A DNA stretch of 64,000 bases from positions 113,708,001-113,772,000 of the forward strand of contig OX597817.1 in NCBI GenBank assembly GCA_951406725.2. Reading direction: 5' to 3'. Under the pieces are notes generated by a model. It was not told the DNA's origin. It saw only the letters and a program-made list of their open reading frames with translations, and searched no databases. This DNA is from Octopus vulgaris (Eukaryota). Below are positions 62,977 through 64,000 of this stretch, in pieces. The first letter of the stretch is position 1, and every line of letters starts with the position of its first letter. The position numbers and the translations under genes were made by a program.

Positions 62977-63192
62977 TAAGGCAGCAAATTGGCAGAATTG
63001 TTAGCACCCCAGACAAAACATCTAGTGGTATATCATCAGTGTGTTTACATTCTGAGTTCAAATTCTGCCAAGGTCAACTTTGCCTTTCATCTTATATATA
63101 GTAAAAACCAGTCAAGTAATGGGGTTGACAAAACCAACTAGTCCCCTTCCCCAAAAGTTCAGGTCATGTGCCTTTAGTAGAAAGAATTATTA
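62977..63192 (+). mobile_element. tRNA-derived SINE family A (a partial copy precedes it at about 62870-62965)
   Basis: Head, core and tail motifs. Confidence 0.75.
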
Positions 63193-63801
63193 CGCACTGG
63201 TTTTGCTATTCTGGTATGAAATCTAAACAGTCCCTCTGCCAGGTTTCTGCACAATTTCTGTCAACACAATTATGGTACAAGACACATGTCCAAGGGCCAA
63301 TCCAGAGGATTGCAACCTTGGAACCATGTACCTGTAGAGTGAACTTTTTAAGTATATGGCTATGCATCAGTCTAAATCTGGAAAAACAGTAAAAGAATGT
63401 CTGCTAATTCTAAATAAGATGTTTCTAGTTTAAATTTATACAAGATTCAACCCCACCCAAAATTCCAAGCAAGAAACTGAAGAGAAAATGAGACACCAAA
63501 ATAAATTTTTAAGGGGAGGAAATGAAAAAAAAGGTAAATTGCAATTTTTTTTCTTGGTGATAAGTAAATAAACTTCAGTGTTATTTCAAAATAGTACACA
63601 AGATTTACTTCCACAACTTCTAATTATTATTATCATTATTATTAAAGATAAGAGGCCTTGTAACTTTTCTTCTGGCTCTTTATGTTCTCAGTTCAATTCT
63701 TGCCATGGTCAACATTGCCTTCATCCCTCCAGGGTCAAGAAATAAAGTATCAGACCAAACTGCTGGATGTGTGCTTAAATTTAAAACCATTATTATTATT
63801 A

Positions 63802-64000
63802 TTAAGGCAATGAGCCAGCAGAATCGTTAGCATATTGGACAAAATTGCTGCTAGGCATTTTGTCTGCCTTTCCATTCTGAGTTCAAATGCCACCGAGGCC
63901 AACTTAGCCTTTCGTTCTTTTGGAGTTGATAAAATAAGCACCAGTTGAACATCGAGGTCGATGTAACCGATTAGCTCCCTCCCTCAAAATTTCAGGCCTT
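63802..64000 (+). mobile_element. tRNA-derived SINE family A, running off the window end
   Basis: Head and core motifs. Confidence 0.8.

Overview
AT-rich, repeat-dense animal genomic DNA. The SINE/LINE content and microsatellites suggest an octopus or other coleoid cephalopod (inference, not checked). Two protein-coding genes lie tail to tail. On the + strand are the last two coding exons of a FAF1-like UBX gene (1639-1854, 3630-3710). On the - strand is most of an APC (adenomatous polyposis coli) gene: seven phase-consistent exons from 52260 to 27951 give 3004 aa, including an 8051-nt terminal coding exon, and the N-terminal coiled-coil exons were not found in the window. The rest is decayed mobile DNA: RTE LINEs and their 3' UTR fragments, several tRNA-derived SINE families, two mariner relics, a Gypsy RNase H fragment, R4-like and hAT-like remnants and foldback elements. 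The most notable observations are: (i) several hammerhead-ribozyme-like motifs, two on the sense strand of one APC intron and one joined to a tRNA-like head; (ii) a C4HC3 PHD-like finger inside the RT domain of an RTE LINE; (iii) an APC with nine 20-aa repeats, a SAMP-to-SAKP variant and divergent linker exons carrying a candidate LC8-binding TQT motif; (iv) long intronic foldbacks that could be ADAR substrates. No clear new multi-gene system is evident. All calls were made by eye, and repeat boundaries are approximate.
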